Source of the DNA: Hyphochytrium catenoides
Lineage: Eukaryota; Protista; Hyphochytriomycota
Direction of reading: 5' to 3'
Length of the DNA stretch: 64,000 nt
Assembly: GCA_900088475.1 (NCBI GenBank)
Contig: FLMG01001570.1
Location: 124,001-188,000 of the forward strand
Made by a program: the position numbers and the translations under genes. The notes under the pieces are model-generated. The model was not told the origin of the DNA. It was given only the letters and a program-made list of their open reading frames with translations, and made no database searches. This document shows positions 40,201 to 53,214 of the stretch, one piece after another. Each line of letters begins with the position of its first letter. Position 1 is the stretch's first letter.

Positions 40201-41181
40201 TCTTTTCTAGACTTGAAATCTTTGTAGTGACAGGCGGTGTTTGTTGCATCGTGACAGGCATGAGATTAGATCGGTAGTGAAGCGGAAAGAAAGAGTTAAA
40301 GGGGAAAGTACAGGTCAAAAAGGAGGGGGCGTGGGATAGTTCGTGATGTAAGCCTAACCTTGGCGGCAAGCTTTTCTTCTGAGACGGACGATCTAGCCAA
40401 GTCCTCATCCAGCAGTCCCGTGGGCTTGTCACTTTTAAGGTAGGCTAGTGCTTTGGCCAGCTAAAGGCAGTCATCTGTCAAGACGTGCTCCTTTCGCCTT
40501 GACTTCTATTTGGTTTGTATCGGCGTACCTCTTTATCTTTCCTTTTAATGAGCTCGTCCTGTCGCCTTAGCGCAGACCGGAGCGCCCTGTTGTCCTCTTC
40601 CTGTCGTAGTAATGTTCCTTTAAGAGAGCGCAGTTCGTCTCTAGCAACAATGAGTTGGTCCTCTGAACTGCGTTTAATCCCACCATTCTGAGGTAAGAAA
40701 GGGGTTCCGAAGAGTAAAGGTCAGCAGGGGAAGAACCAAGCGAACAATGATGTCAGTTGTCTACCTCATGACCATCCAATGAGACTGTCTTCACAGCTCC
40801 GCGAGATTTCTTAATGAGCTTTGAAGCTAGTTCATCAGAGCTCAGAAGCCGGTGGGCGGTCGAATAGCTTTCATTGGCGTCCTGGATGGTATAAGGCCAA
40901 CGTTAGCATCGATCAAAGAGACGCTCATAAAGGATCAAGAGAAATCGCTGACCGATCAGAAACAGAGAAGAAAGAGGTGTGAAGAGGACGACAATCAGTA
41001 AAGTTAATAAGCCATGCTGTAGGTAAAAAAGCGCGGCTCGAGTCGCCCACGACGGTAGTAGACTCACTGACCATTATCAAAAATTTTGGGGGCAGACAAC
41101 TGAAAAGGGTCAAGGGCGCATCAGAGCGTTGTCATGTACCCCTCCGCCTCTATTTGACTCCTCCTCAACAATTAGTTCCAT
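25225..41181 (-). CDS. Giant multi-C2-domain protein: N-terminal coiled coil, IQ-like motif, about 26 tandem C2 domains, Tudor/Agenet-like domain, acidic tail
   Basis: ORFs of 426, 987, 168, 131, 94, 778 and 1861 aa share a ~145 aa repeat (GxLxVxVxRAxDL..QDPYV..AEDGGRNPxF..DxNxxxDxxIG..GxVELxLSF) and are linked by GT-AG introns. The putative start MELIVEEESNRGGG| is at 41181. AALAIQSKYR is IQ-like. WYEGKIACANADGTYAVDFKDGD is Tudor-like. Confidence 0.88.
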
Positions 41182-42225
41182 ATCCAGCGATTAGATAGCC
41201 TAAACAGGCCGTTGAGGCCCATGCTTGCATGATGAGCTGCTACCTGGTGGGCGTGAACTATGCGCACCACTCATCCTTTGGCGCTTCTTCTGCTTCCGAC
41301 TTTCGATCGGTGCACCGCTTTCTGGAGCTTCTGTCATTGGCTTTTCCGTGACTGTTTGAGCTTTGACGTTTCTGGACTGTGGCTGATCACTAAACTATAG
41401 TTATCATTTTGGGGGACTACCCTAGTCTACTTGGGGTGACAATCCCCTTGAAGAATTGGTGGTGAGACAATGACGGCAAACGGGGTGGGGTGCCGGGGAT
41501 CCCGACAGGTTTTGTCTTTTGACTCTGGGCTGAGGGGAGGCGTCGGCTACCCCTGTGTCTGATAAACTCTGCCCGTCATCCCTCCCGTTCCTCCTCCCTC
41601 AACCTCCCTCAATGTCTCCTACTTCTCTGTCTCTGTTATCATTGACCACGTTATACCCAGTATGCTCGTAATTGATTGTATCTCGCGCAAACTCTGTCTT
41701 GCTCTTGTTTTGGTTAGTTATGTATTAGAAGAAACACCAAGATCTTGGGCTTAGTTAGCTGCAGCTGGGAAAGCTCAGTTATTGCCTCAGAATTGGAGCT
41801 TTCTGAAGGAGATTATTGCCTCTATTATCGAGATCAGCAGGCGTCTTCTTGCGAAGACGTAGGTGAGAGATATTTAGAGATCGGTTACGAGATACCTGTG
41901 GCTTCGCTCTGCCATTGTTATTCCGGTCTATTAGCGGCGCAGAAACCTCATTACGAAAGCTGTGATTGTCTAAGAAGTAGTGATGCCGTGGAAGGGCTGA
42001 TCTTACAAAAGGACTTCAGGAGTATATGAGCTCAGGGTAAGTTTCCCATTCGAATAAGGCAATGAGATCTTTATCTCAGGAGTGCTTCCCTGATTCAGTG
42101 CCCGAAATCTGGAGTACCAAGAGCGATTTAGAGGTAACTGATAGAAGCGTTGATCAGAGGTAAGCCTGCGTGTGGAAATGCAGGGAATGCCAGTTCAATT
42201 GCTAACAGATGAATAGGCGCTGTCC

Positions 42226-43742
42226 ATGCTAGGCGCAGTGATGGCGAAGAGCTATTCGGGGGATGATGCCATCAATTTAGGCTTTTCAGAATTTCCGTCT
42301 TTGACCAATAGGTACTGGACCTTCAGCATCTTTGCTCTTTTTGCTTATGCTCACAGGCGGTTACGGTTCGTCCATCGCAACTGCAGGGTAGCTTTACTGA
42401 ACGTCAATAGTGACGCAGATCAGGGTTTCAGCTCGCGCTATGGCCCCAGCAGTGCTTCAGGGAGCGAGACGTCAGAGTTCAAAGTGCAAAAAGAGGACTT
42501 TCCAGCGTTAGGAGTAAATATAGCAAGCTTATCAGACAAAGGTGAGGCAAAACTAATATGCTGAACGAATTATTTGTAGACTGAGCCTTTCAGCATCAGG
42601 TAGCAGCGAACCACTTCCGTCACCCACAACGCGCGATGGTGCAGCGAATAAGGTGCGCTAACCACTGAACATGTTCATATATGTCCACTGCTATCTCCAG
42701 TCTCTTGGTCACTACATTGAATCCTAATGGGGACGTAGTATGGTCCTTCTAGACCTCTCGAGGTTTTGCCTGCCAATACTCTCTTCTTGCCAAGGCAATT
42801 TGATGCTCTGACACACTCTTATATAACAGACAAAGGACGAGTCAAGTGACAAATTTGGTCTGCTGGGGCTTCTAGGCGTTATCAGGATGACAGACCCTAA
42901 CTTAAACACCCTTGCTCTTGGGACTGATCTGACTACGCTGGGGCTCAATCTTAACTCTGCAGAGTAAGTTTCAGCTGGTTGCGCAGAAGACTAGACCCCA
43001 CCAATTTTGGGGAACAGGGATGACGACTGGAAGGATCGGAAAGGATCAACAATAGTACTATTGACTGGCTCAGAATAAGCTGTGGATCAGGTTACCTGGG
43101 CTGCGTAGTTATCTTGGTTTCGGACTCGCCAGCGCTACGGCTGGCTGTTAATCTCTTGTTGATTCCTCAAATACTTATGATATGACTGTTGTTGCCTTCT
43201 TCTACCCCGCTAGATGCCTTTACTCGGCCTTCGGTTCCCCCTGGTCGGACCAGCCCTCAACTCGAGAGCCCCAGTATACCTTGCCAGTTTGCTACTATAT
43301 GCAGCCACCAGCACTGAAGACGAGCCACCTGTCAAAGTTTCAACTGGAGACATTATTTTATATCTTCTACGCGATGCCGAAGGATATCTTACAGGCCTAT
43401 GCCGCTCAAGAATTGTACGGCATCTTAGTTTGGTCCTGCTCGGAATAGATAGTTGAACTAATCTCCCTTCTCTCATTTATCCTTGGCTGCGCACTATCTG
43501 TACGTACTGGCTGTTGCCTCATCCTTTATCGTCGCGACAGGTACAACCGAGATTGGCAGTATCACAGCGACCTAAAGCTTTGGTTCCATCGAGCGCCATC
43601 ACCAGACGCAGCACCAGGAGGAGTGCAGTATACGTACTTCGACATCAATGCGTGGGAGCGGAGACCGTTCACTGGCAATCCGTCCAGCTTAGCAGCTGGT
43701 TTGATGTCCGCAGAAGAGATTGGGGCTAAGTATCCTTCATGA
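42226..43742 (+). CDS. NOT2: CCR4-NOT transcription complex subunit 2, multi-exon; start codon tentative
   Basis: EFKVQKEDFPAL; KFGLLGLLGVIRMTDPNLNTLALGTDLTTLGLNLNS; NOT-box FQLETLFYIFYAMPKDILQAYAAQEL|YNRDWQYHSDLKLWF..YFDINAWER. Confidence 0.95.
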
Positions 43743-44109
43743 GGGCTCAGAAGGCTGGGAAGAGAGCCGATGGGATGCTAGAGAGACATGAATGTCGTTC
43801 CCATAGTGTTGCACAATTCCCGTCGAACCTCATGTTCGAATATGTCATCTAATGTAAGATACGATGAGATATCCACCCGCGCGAAGTTGAGGGCAGGCAA
43901 AGGCTTTGATTATGAAACCACGAACACTTCTAAAAAAGTGTAGAGCAGGGCCAAATTAACACGATTATGTGCCAGCATAGAGTAGGTTGACTCTGTCCAT
44001 GTGTCGATACGTGTTATTTGCACGAGGCAGAGTTACTGACGCGAAGCCATCCAACCTGGACACTACGGGATCAGGGCAACGATGAAGCTCGTCTTCCTCG
44101 ATCTCCTCT

Positions 44110-46307
44110 TCATCTTGCGCTGCTTTCTGCCTTCTCTACCAACCTCATAAATAGCTTGCAGAACTCATCGAAGCTAACAGTTCCACTTCCATCCACATCC
44201 CGCGCTTCAATATATCCTTTGACATCAGCTTCCCTGATGTCTGACCCTGGCTCCGTAATCTCTCTCAGGAGCTTCATCACCTCGTCTGAGTTAAGATTGC
44301 CATCCTTGTCCACATCGAAGCGGTCGAATGCAGTGCGGAGCAAGGCCTTCGCGCCTCTGAAGTGACGAATTTGCTCCTCTAATTCTTGCCTTCTTTGGAG
44401 GAGGGGCTGTACTCTCAATTTTTCTAAACGCAATTTTTGCTTCCACTCGGCAAGCTGCTGTCTCTCGTGCTCTAACGTCTCTTGAAGCTCTTCCAGCTCC
44501 AGTCGCAGCGAGTTCTGTTCGCACTGGGCCGTAGACATCTTCTCCAGGGTGCCCAGACCTCGACCGTGTAGCTCCTTTTCTATCTCCTGCTTGCTTAGCA
44601 GTAGCTTTGAAATGTCTTGCTCCAGCTCAACAAGAGAAAGCACTGGTTGCCCACTCAAGGCAGAATAGGCTCTCTGCTCCTTCTGCAGCCCTTCCTCAGC
44701 CGTGGTCTTCTTGACTTGTAGTTCAGCTAGGATAGAGTCGAGCTGGAGGGACAATTATGAAGCATGCATTAGAGAGGCTAGAATAGGAAAGTGCTATTCA
44801 GAGTAGCCGTCCTTGCAAGCAAGATGGAGAACCAGCTCATGGGGAGACGTTTGGCCAGCTGCTCGTCGATGATCCTATGCACTCTAATCCCCTACAGAAG
44901 TTTACGGTCAAGGTTAAGACAGACGAATGGAAGAGTACCTTCTTCAGCTGATTCGTGAGCTCTGCATTCTGTGAAGAGAGCTCTAGAACTCGTTCCTGTA
45001 GCTCTATCGGTGTCTTTAGGTGGGAAGAGGGCACTGACTTCTCTTTTGGAGGGAAAGGACTGGAGCTTTGGGCCTTCAAAGTCTGATTCTCTTTCCGCAG
45101 CAGCGCCTAAGGTGGAAGCTATGAGCTATCCCAAGCTCTTAGGGAAACTTTCCCCAGTGAGAAGACCTACCGTTTGCTCCTTTTTCCTAACAATCTCCTG
45201 TCGAAGAGCTTCTTTCTTTTTTCGTAGGACTGCTGTCCTATAAAGTAGATCCTCGGGGTCTTTGGTGAATGCTCTTGTCCGGGACAGTTGAGGTTTGCTG
45301 ACTGTAGAGGGAGAGAGCAGTCAGACAAAGACTCGGCGATCCTTCATGGTTCTCATTTGCTTGCTGCTGCCTCTCTCTCCTTTTTTCAGGTTGTGATCCC
45401 TGTAGTGGTCTTCACCCTGCTCTCTCTTTCTCTCTCTCAGGACCTCTTCGCTCTCTGTTAATGTGTAGGTATGTGCTTGTGGCAAGTCGTCTCTATCCTT
45501 AGCCGTTCATACAGGCCCTGCAATCTAAATCCAAGTCACACATTACGTACCTTCTAATGTTTTGCCCTTAGATCTTGAGATGGATGCCTTCGTCGCCCTC
45601 ACAACGTTCGACAAGGATTTGGCAACAGATGCTAGGGAGGCGGTTCCTGTGGGTTTGCCAGTAACTTTCTCTATAAAATTTGTGACTGTTCGACCCTTTG
45701 GCTCCTTGCTTGCGCCTTGCGCAGGCGGCTCCCTTGTCGCCTCTTCCTTGCTGGACTCTGTTGATGGCGCCATTCGAGCTTGTGCTTGTGAAGAACCGTC
45801 CTTATGGGAGAGATCGACAGGAGGAAGGGGTTTCTCGCAAGTTATGAGGTCAGGATCCACTCTGTCATCTACCTCACTCGAGTCATACTGTACAGAGAAG
45901 GTTCCATCGCCATTGACCGAAGTAATCGTTCCCAGATGATACTTGGTAAGGCCCCGCCGTCTAACACGTACCCTAACGCCTATCTGAATGATGTCAGAAG
46001 TGGCTGGCTCACTGAATGGTGTTCTGCTAGGACCCTGTGACTCTTCTTTCTGCTTTGGGTTGGGTACTAAGCTCTCAGAAACTGGCTCCGTGCTGGCGTT
46101 CTCTGCGCCTTTTACTTTTTGAGCAAGCGCATCCGATGCTGCTTCTGAACTAGCGTCGTCGTCTAAAGCTGTTCCCGAGGCTTGCGATAACAGTTGCCCT
46201 ACTCCAAGATGTCCCTCCACTGGTGCAACGGAGCGGATCTGTTCCTTGCCCTTTGGGCTTTCCTTCTCAAAATCTTCCCCTCCATAATCGTCTTCTGCCT
46301 CAACCAT
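44110..46307 (-). CDS. Protein with an N-terminal Tudor-like domain, a central coiled coil and a C-terminal EF-hand pair
   Basis: YHLGTITSVNGDGTFSVQYDSSE (Tudor-like), coiled-coil exons, and canonical EF loops DVDKDGNLNSDE and DVDGSGTVSFDE. Confidence 0.8.
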
Positions 46308-47185
46308 TGCCACAAAGCGTCGTTGCCTCTGCTACCCCGTCATTGGTTATGTGAAGTCCAGAAATGGGCCTAGCTCTTGACCCTCGTAAGAACTTTCACA
46401 AGGCGCTTTTCCGTGCCATCCGCGGCTACCACGACCTGTGGAGAACGTCTGATTACTTCTAGAGGACGCCCAGATGGACCCTTGTTCAGAGTTCTGACTA
46501 GTGTCAGCAGGGATAGGAAGCTCAACCGCGGAGGTTGAAGACGCGGCGCTGACCAGAGGCCGCAAAGGCTTTCCCTTGGGTAAAAGTGTCGTTACATTCT
46601 GCAACAAGCTTAAAGATTGCGGATAAGATGGGGCAAAGCATGATGATAAGGGGTAGAGCTGAGGATTATCCGTAATCATTTGAGTTTGTTTTCGACAGTG
46701 TTTTCGGAGTTCGATGATCGGGTTCTGCTCCCTTCAAAAATCTGAAGCTCCATCTACAGAAATCTGCAGTTTGCGTGACATTCTGCTGCAGAGCTTGAAA
46801 CACTGCAGGCCAAGTGATTTATTATTGAGTAGGTTCCATTGCATAGCTTCCTGGTCGAGTACGTTGACCACTAGCAGATGTCCTGGGCTCTCAGCCCACC
46901 TACCCTGCGACCTTATCACCAAGCAGAACCGGAAGGTTCATCAGCCCCCGCTGGCCTTTAGGGGAAGTGGCAGGCCGTGATACTAGGTCAGAGGCGACGA
47001 TGATGGCGTCACGGACAAAGTTCGCACCCAGAGTGTATAATAAATGTTTTATACGGATAAACTTGCATCGTACAGCGGTACCGCCGTGAGAATAAATAGC
47101 AGAAACAAAGCAGTATACAAGACGTATCCAGACATAATGTAGGGCCGCCCGGCCCGTCTTGATCGACATAGACAACAAAGAAAGG

Positions 47186-50138
47186 TTAATCAGAAAGTTC
47201 AACCCGAAACTCGCCATCATCCTCCATAGAATCATCGTGGCTGTTGAGCGGAGAGCTGGGTTCGCGGTACTTATCACCGAGTGTTGCCACCACAATTGTC
47301 ATATTGTCCAGTCCAAGCCCTTCGCGACGGTGTCCTGCCTGAGTTGGCGACAGACAGGCATCAACTAGAGTCTCCAGGATGTCTGAGAGCTTATCGCCCC
47401 GTCCAAGTCCCCTACGAACATAGTCGCACACCTGCTGGCTTTCCAGCACCTCCCATATGCCGTCACAAGCAAGAACAATAAACTCATCCTCCGGACTCAG
47501 ATCAATAGTGCGCACGTCTGGACAGGCTGTGATGGCTTGCATCTCTGCCGGAAGGTCAGGATTCTTCTTGAAGTCCAGGTCACCTATCATAAAGGAATTA
47601 CGACAAATAGACGGGTCAGATTAAGTTGACTCGTTGGCAAACACCTTGGAAGTAGCCAAGGGAAGCCATTGCGTACTAGAAGGCTACCGCCAAACCATGG
47701 CGAAGTAGGTAGTGGCACTTGATAGGAAGGACTCCGGTACCGAAGATGAGTAGCACTCAGAAGCATAGAAAGAGAGACTAGCTAAGCACACATTCATTCG
47801 CCTTACCTAGCGCTCGAGAGAGGTTCAGACTCCCATTCACTCGGCCGTTTACAACGTTGGCGCCTGCTTTTTGGATGCGGTCCATTTCCGATGGGAGCTC
47901 AGGCTTATGATCCACCGACATATCAATGGCCTTACCGTCCCGACAAAGGACGCATCTCGAGTCACCAGCATTTCCTACCACCAGCCGATAGTCAGGAGTA
48001 ATGAACGCCACCACAGCCGTGGAGCCCGCTGAGCAGCCTTCTCTCTCCCTCTTTTTCGACCTCCCTTTTGCTGAGTCAGCTCCACCTCTGGATCTGGAGA
48101 TGCTTGGTTCTCGCGAACTGCCAGCACGACTGGCCCCAGTTGCTGCAGCTCTATGGCCCTCCTGAGAGTCAAGTCCAGCGGACTCTTGATGCTGGGTAAG
48201 AGCCTCCTGTAACAGTGATGGCTCCTTTTGACTGAGCATTGCACCTCTGTCTCTTCCACCCGCGCCTATCCCTATGCTTCCAGAAGATAAGTCATGGGGA
48301 GCCCGTCCTCTCGGAAGCCTGGTGTCGTCCCCACTCTCATCCGTAGATTCGCACTCAGGAGAACGAGGAGGTGACGACACGGCCATCAGTGCGCCCATTC
48401 TCTCGGATATCGATTTCTTTCTGGTGCCATCTGCTCTGCTATCATCACTGTCATCCAGGGAAGGACCCGTAGAGATAACCCCCGCTATGCTTCCAACCCT
48501 TTCTCTCTTCCGATTTGTCGGTTTAGGCTGCCGTGGGCGATAGACTCTCTCCCTGGGTATTTGGCCATTCGCGATACCGTTAGGGCTCGGATTAGGGCTT
48601 CGAGATAATTTTGATGAGGAGCTGTTTGGCATGAACATGCCAACACGAAAGGCAGGGGAACGGCCGAACATAAATGGGTTGACTCCACCATCGGGAGCAG
48701 AAAGAGATAGGCCAATCGTAGGATCAGTTTGGTGAGCGAGAAAGCCATCCACCTCCACTCCAGGCGCCAGAAGAGACGTTCCTGGAGAAGGAGGAGACAT
48801 AAAGGGCATGGACGACGGAGTGGGGACAGGGGACTGGTAGAGAGACACTGGCGGGCTGCTGCTGTAGGCATACGTGGAAGCTTGGGCTCCTGCGAGGGGT
48901 TTCCGAGAGATTGGGATAGGGCCTTGCCTCTCATCTCCTCTAGCAGGAGCAATTGGGATTCCGCTTCTTTCCACTGACAAATCCTCGCTCCTCCGTCCAG
49001 AGCTTGCTGCCATGGCCATGTCATCTGTACTCTCCATCGCTCCTCTCCCGTTATAGCGGCCCTGTCCTAGGACAGAAGATGTTGTAGGAAGACTCCTCGC
49101 TAATTGGCTTCTTTCTTCAGCCCCTGCACTTCCTGGCCTCCTAGGTATAGGGATGCCCTCTCTTCTTGCTGCAGCGTACTGTCTCCTGAGAGCTGGATCC
49201 GTCTGCATTTTCCTCGCTCTATCTTTTAGAAACTGCGAGAGCATCTCCACCTTGCTATTCACCTCTGGATCTTCATCACCTTCACCCTCTGCAGCCAGTT
49301 CTTTGAGCTCTTGTGCAGCCTCTTCTGTCCCTAATCGCTGATCTATCTCCAGGTAACCCTGTGCTATGGCGCGGATAAGGTCTCCATGGCTCTGATAGTA
49401 ATTGAGAATTATCTGGCCAAGATGTCTGCAAAAAATACATGTAGTGAGCGGAGCGTATGGCTAAAGCAGAGCGAAGATTGAGCGACATTTTGATGTCTTA
49501 GGAAGTTCTATGACAAATAGACCAAGACAAGTTGTCTAGCTTACGCCGCTGCCAGTAATATTAATGTAAACGTGGCATACAAAGAGGAAAATTCCTAAGG
49601 CACTGAGCACCATAACGAAACAATGAAAGAGGTCAAAGAGTGGGTCTCACCTTGAAAGGTACTTAGAGACTTCTCCGCCTGCACCAAGTAGCGGGCAAGA
49701 AAGAGCGGGGACGGTGATCAGCGTTGGCATGGAAGCTTTCTGAAGACATGTGCAAAAGAGCTTTGGACCTTACCAGAATGGCCGTCAAAAACTCCGAAGT
49801 ATCGTAGGCCGTCCTCAGAAAACGTCAAATCCACAGCATGAGCATCTTCCATAAAGCGCCTCCAACCATGCATGGCTAGAAGACATCAAGGATAAGCAGG
49901 AACCAAATGGTGAGATGCTGAGTGAGCAGGAGGAGCCGGGCGTACAGGGTACAGGTACACCTGCAGAGTAGTGCAGGATGACATGTGCAACGAATGCTGA
50001 ACTTGACCCTTCGTCCCTCTTCGGCCCGTCTACCTTAACTTCTGATTGATTCTCACCTGTCACGGTGTACATAACGCGGTCATCGCTTCCAGATTCCGTC
50101 ACCTTATCTCTAATTGGACTACTGAGCAGCTGTCCCAT
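47186..50138 (-). CDS. PP2C/PPM-family Ser/Thr phosphatase with a large low-complexity insertion
   Basis: MGQLLSSP (myristoylation-type start), [54 protein letters not shown]|D, LACDGIW and DNMT. Confidence 0.95.
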
Positions 50139-50819
50139 CGCACCGGTTGCAATGCGGAAAGGTATCTGACAGCAAGGGAGAGAGCAAGACGAGGACCCAC
50201 ACCCAGTGCCGCACTAGCGTTAGAGAACAACTCTTAGATGCTAGGACTAGCACAAGAGAGAAGCTTCCGTTGTGGGTAAAGGCCCAATGACTGAGGCTGC
50301 TAGGCTAGCAGTTGTCCGCAATCATCTTAGAAAGCGCTGGGCGATGTAAGGAGCAGTGTGTTGGCCGAGACTGTTCCTGTGTCTTCACATGCACCTCTCT
50401 AGTCTGAGAGGTGATTAGTGGAGAGACACAGAGATCAAGAGTGCCACTTCACTGGTTCTGATGAAGATGAAGGAAGGGGCCGCTAGCTCGAAGAGGACTT
50501 GAATGTTGGTCAGAGGGATAAAGACCTCCACTGGTCCAGCAGGCTGCTTGCCTTTCTTTCAGTAGATTGTGAGGAAGCAAGAAAAGCCGGGGAACAGGAC
50601 AGGGACAGAGACAAGATTCCAGGTTACCATTAGACTGCGAGACAGAGAGGAAGAAGAGGGAGGACAATTGAGGCGGGAGGAGTGGGTTGTTCAGAACAGC
50701 TAGCTCGATGGCGAACCAAGAAATTGGTTAAATAGATGGCTTTCATAGACAGGAGGCCAATCGATGTTGGGTGACGAGAAGAGACAGACACGAAAGAAAG
50801 TGGAGAAAGACGGGGAGAA

Positions 50820-50859
50820 AGAGAGAGTGAAAGAAGAGGGGAGAGAGANNNNNNNNNNN

Positions 50860-50895
<36 letters not shown>

Positions 50896-50900
50896 GAGAG
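50820..50900 (+). repeat. (GA)n microsatellite with an assembly gap, upstream of PP2C
   Basis: GA runs flank an N run. Confidence 0.93.
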
Positions 50901-51319
50901 GAGAGCTGACCCAAGAGCACCCACCACCATGCCGCTGCTGCTGGTGCACGCTAGTCCAGCAGTATCACAACCGGCAGCCACCAATAGATCTCCCACATAT
51001 CCCCCAGGACATGAAGCCGGGTTAAGAAACTGACAACCGTGGTATTACCACGTCTGCTACCGTCTGTCTACTCCTAGAGCCACGGCGATAACGGTCGTCT
51101 GGTATTATTATTTAGGTCTAGTGATGTGATGGCTTGAGACGTAAACGAAGTGCCAGGGCTCAGGAGCTCAGGAGCCCCAAACCCGCCAAGCCAGTCAGCT
51201 TGAAGCCAAACAGGAAACGGAGAAAGGCAGCAGGATGCTCAGGTGCTTCAAGGAGCCTACTTATGATGACTTCAGCCATAAACTTCTCATAAAAGAGGAT
51301 AAAAGGAGAGAACGAGAGC

Positions 51320-51850
51320 ACAACAAAACTACGGTCATGGACATAAGGGCCCTAGGAACTACCTCCCTCCTACCCTGTAAAGCCTTTGTTGTTCGCAGTT
51401 CTACGTTCTACCTGTTACCGTGGTAGGACTTCGTAAAGACTGATAAAGGACAGACGAGGGAAGCAAAGAAGGGGATGTGGCACATGGCATGCATGAATCG
51501 TTGGTGCTGGAGCACCTTCTACATCCTTGTACTTGGGTGGGTTTCTCTTATTCTTGGTGACAGTACCTTCGCCTATGATAGAATAGAGATTGCAAAGGCA
51601 AAGAATAAGGCTCTGACTCTTGGCGACTTCAATGCCATTGGGGTCAAGTCACCGCTTGTCTATGACCAATGAACAATAACCAAACTGGACCAGGATGCGA
51701 AGAAAGAGTGGTTCGAAAGAGCCTAGAACGTCCTGTCTCACCTATTCGTCTTGTACCTACATACTTATGTTCTGACGAGAGACAGAGCGCCTTGAGATAT
51801 GTTCGCTGTATAGGGAACACCCCGAAACCATGGAGAAAGAATGTGTCAGT
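51320..51850 (+). mobile_element. Degraded non-LTR retrotransposon (LINE) APE-endonuclease remnant
   Basis: Ordered, frameshifted fragments TVMDIRAL, RTDEGSKEGDVA, LTLGDFNA (GDFNA at 51622-51636) and PTYLCSDERQSALRYV resemble the APE motifs NxRGL, RxDR..GGGVA, GDFN and PT..S.IDY. Confidence 0.45.
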
Positions 51851-53214
51851 CAACCTCCAACCGGACGCCGCTTCTTACGTCGTGGTACAAGAGGCCACCC
51901 CCTTCCCCTGTCCAACGGTGCTTGGCCCTTTGTACCGCAGGGGAGTGTGGGCTACCCCAGGCTGGTGGTGTGTTTGGTGTGGCGCCTTTCTCACCCACCC
52001 AGCTGTGTGTCAAAACTGCTTCCCTTAGTTCATGAGTTCATGAAACGTCGCCAGTTGAAGAAAGCTTCTCCCTTCTCTTCAAAGCTGTTTCGCTTGCGCC
52101 ATTGTCAGCAGGTCAGGGTCTGCCTATGATCCGTGGTAGGGGAGAGCTGATCCAAGTTTCTCCTTTGCTTCTTAAGGTTCCTAGTCACAAGCCACCGACC
52201 ACAACACCTCTGCTGGGCCGTCATCATCGCTGCGCCTATTGCCTCGCTTGGTTTGCTGGGTCTTGTTGACTGCTGCGCTAAGAGGTCAAGGGCTTCTCTC
52301 GTGCGTCTAACGTCGCCGTCAAGAAGTTGCCTCTCTCTCTTATGTCTAGCTTCCCTCCGTTAATGCGTCTGACTGCATCGACGACCAACTCTTGTCTACG
52401 TAGCAAGAAGGGATACGGTTCTTATATAAAGTCGCCTTTTAGGTTTTACTCCGTAACTAGTATCTGCAGCCATGCCTGTTGGGACTACACCTCTTTATCT
52501 GCGATAAACGGTCAAAGTGTTAATAATGGAGTTTGTGGACATAGCCTCAACCTCGAAGAATGGGAAGATGGGAACGCGACACAACTTTCTCTGTCAGTAG
52601 TCAGTATAGAAGTCTCCTTTTATCTCGCATGGCAAGATCTCTGTTATAAGCAAGCCTAACTGTGAGCGTCTGACGATCTTCGCACGTTCTAGGCTTTTCT
52701 TGATAAGAGGGCATAGTTCTATCCTATTATTCTAACTCTGTTCATGATGGATCTAGACTTGCTTGGTCCATACATATGTTTAACTGAATGCTAGTTGGAG
52801 AAGAGGGAGCTCTCTCAGCCGTCAATGGTTAGAAAAGTGTAGATTGCCGGGTGTTGCTTTTTGGTAATTGTCGAGTTCTGCTAGCGACGGAAGTTTTAGT
52901 GGGGCCTGGGAGTGCAGATGCATGATTAGCAGCACTGGGCCAGATTGAGCTATTTATTAGATGTATCTATATTTATTGTTCCTTTCATTGACAGGGCAAT
53001 CTTAGGCAACGAAATTTCTCAGTCGACATGCAAGCCTCCGAGGTACATGTATCACAGCTTCCAATCGCAAATAACTTCACATTATAAAGAATAGAAAGCC
53101 AAGACTTATAAAAAAGCCGAGATTTGCTTTTGAACTCTTCTCAAGTGCCAACGTCTTCTTCTCACCTGAGGCGACTATGACCTACTAACCGTTACAGAGC
53201 AGTACTATAAGACA

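Noticed and set aside
51669-52028. ORF ending CVWC..CQNC as a possible zinc ribbon gene
   Set aside because: It is short, overlaps the decayed LINE-like tract and has no splice or other support.
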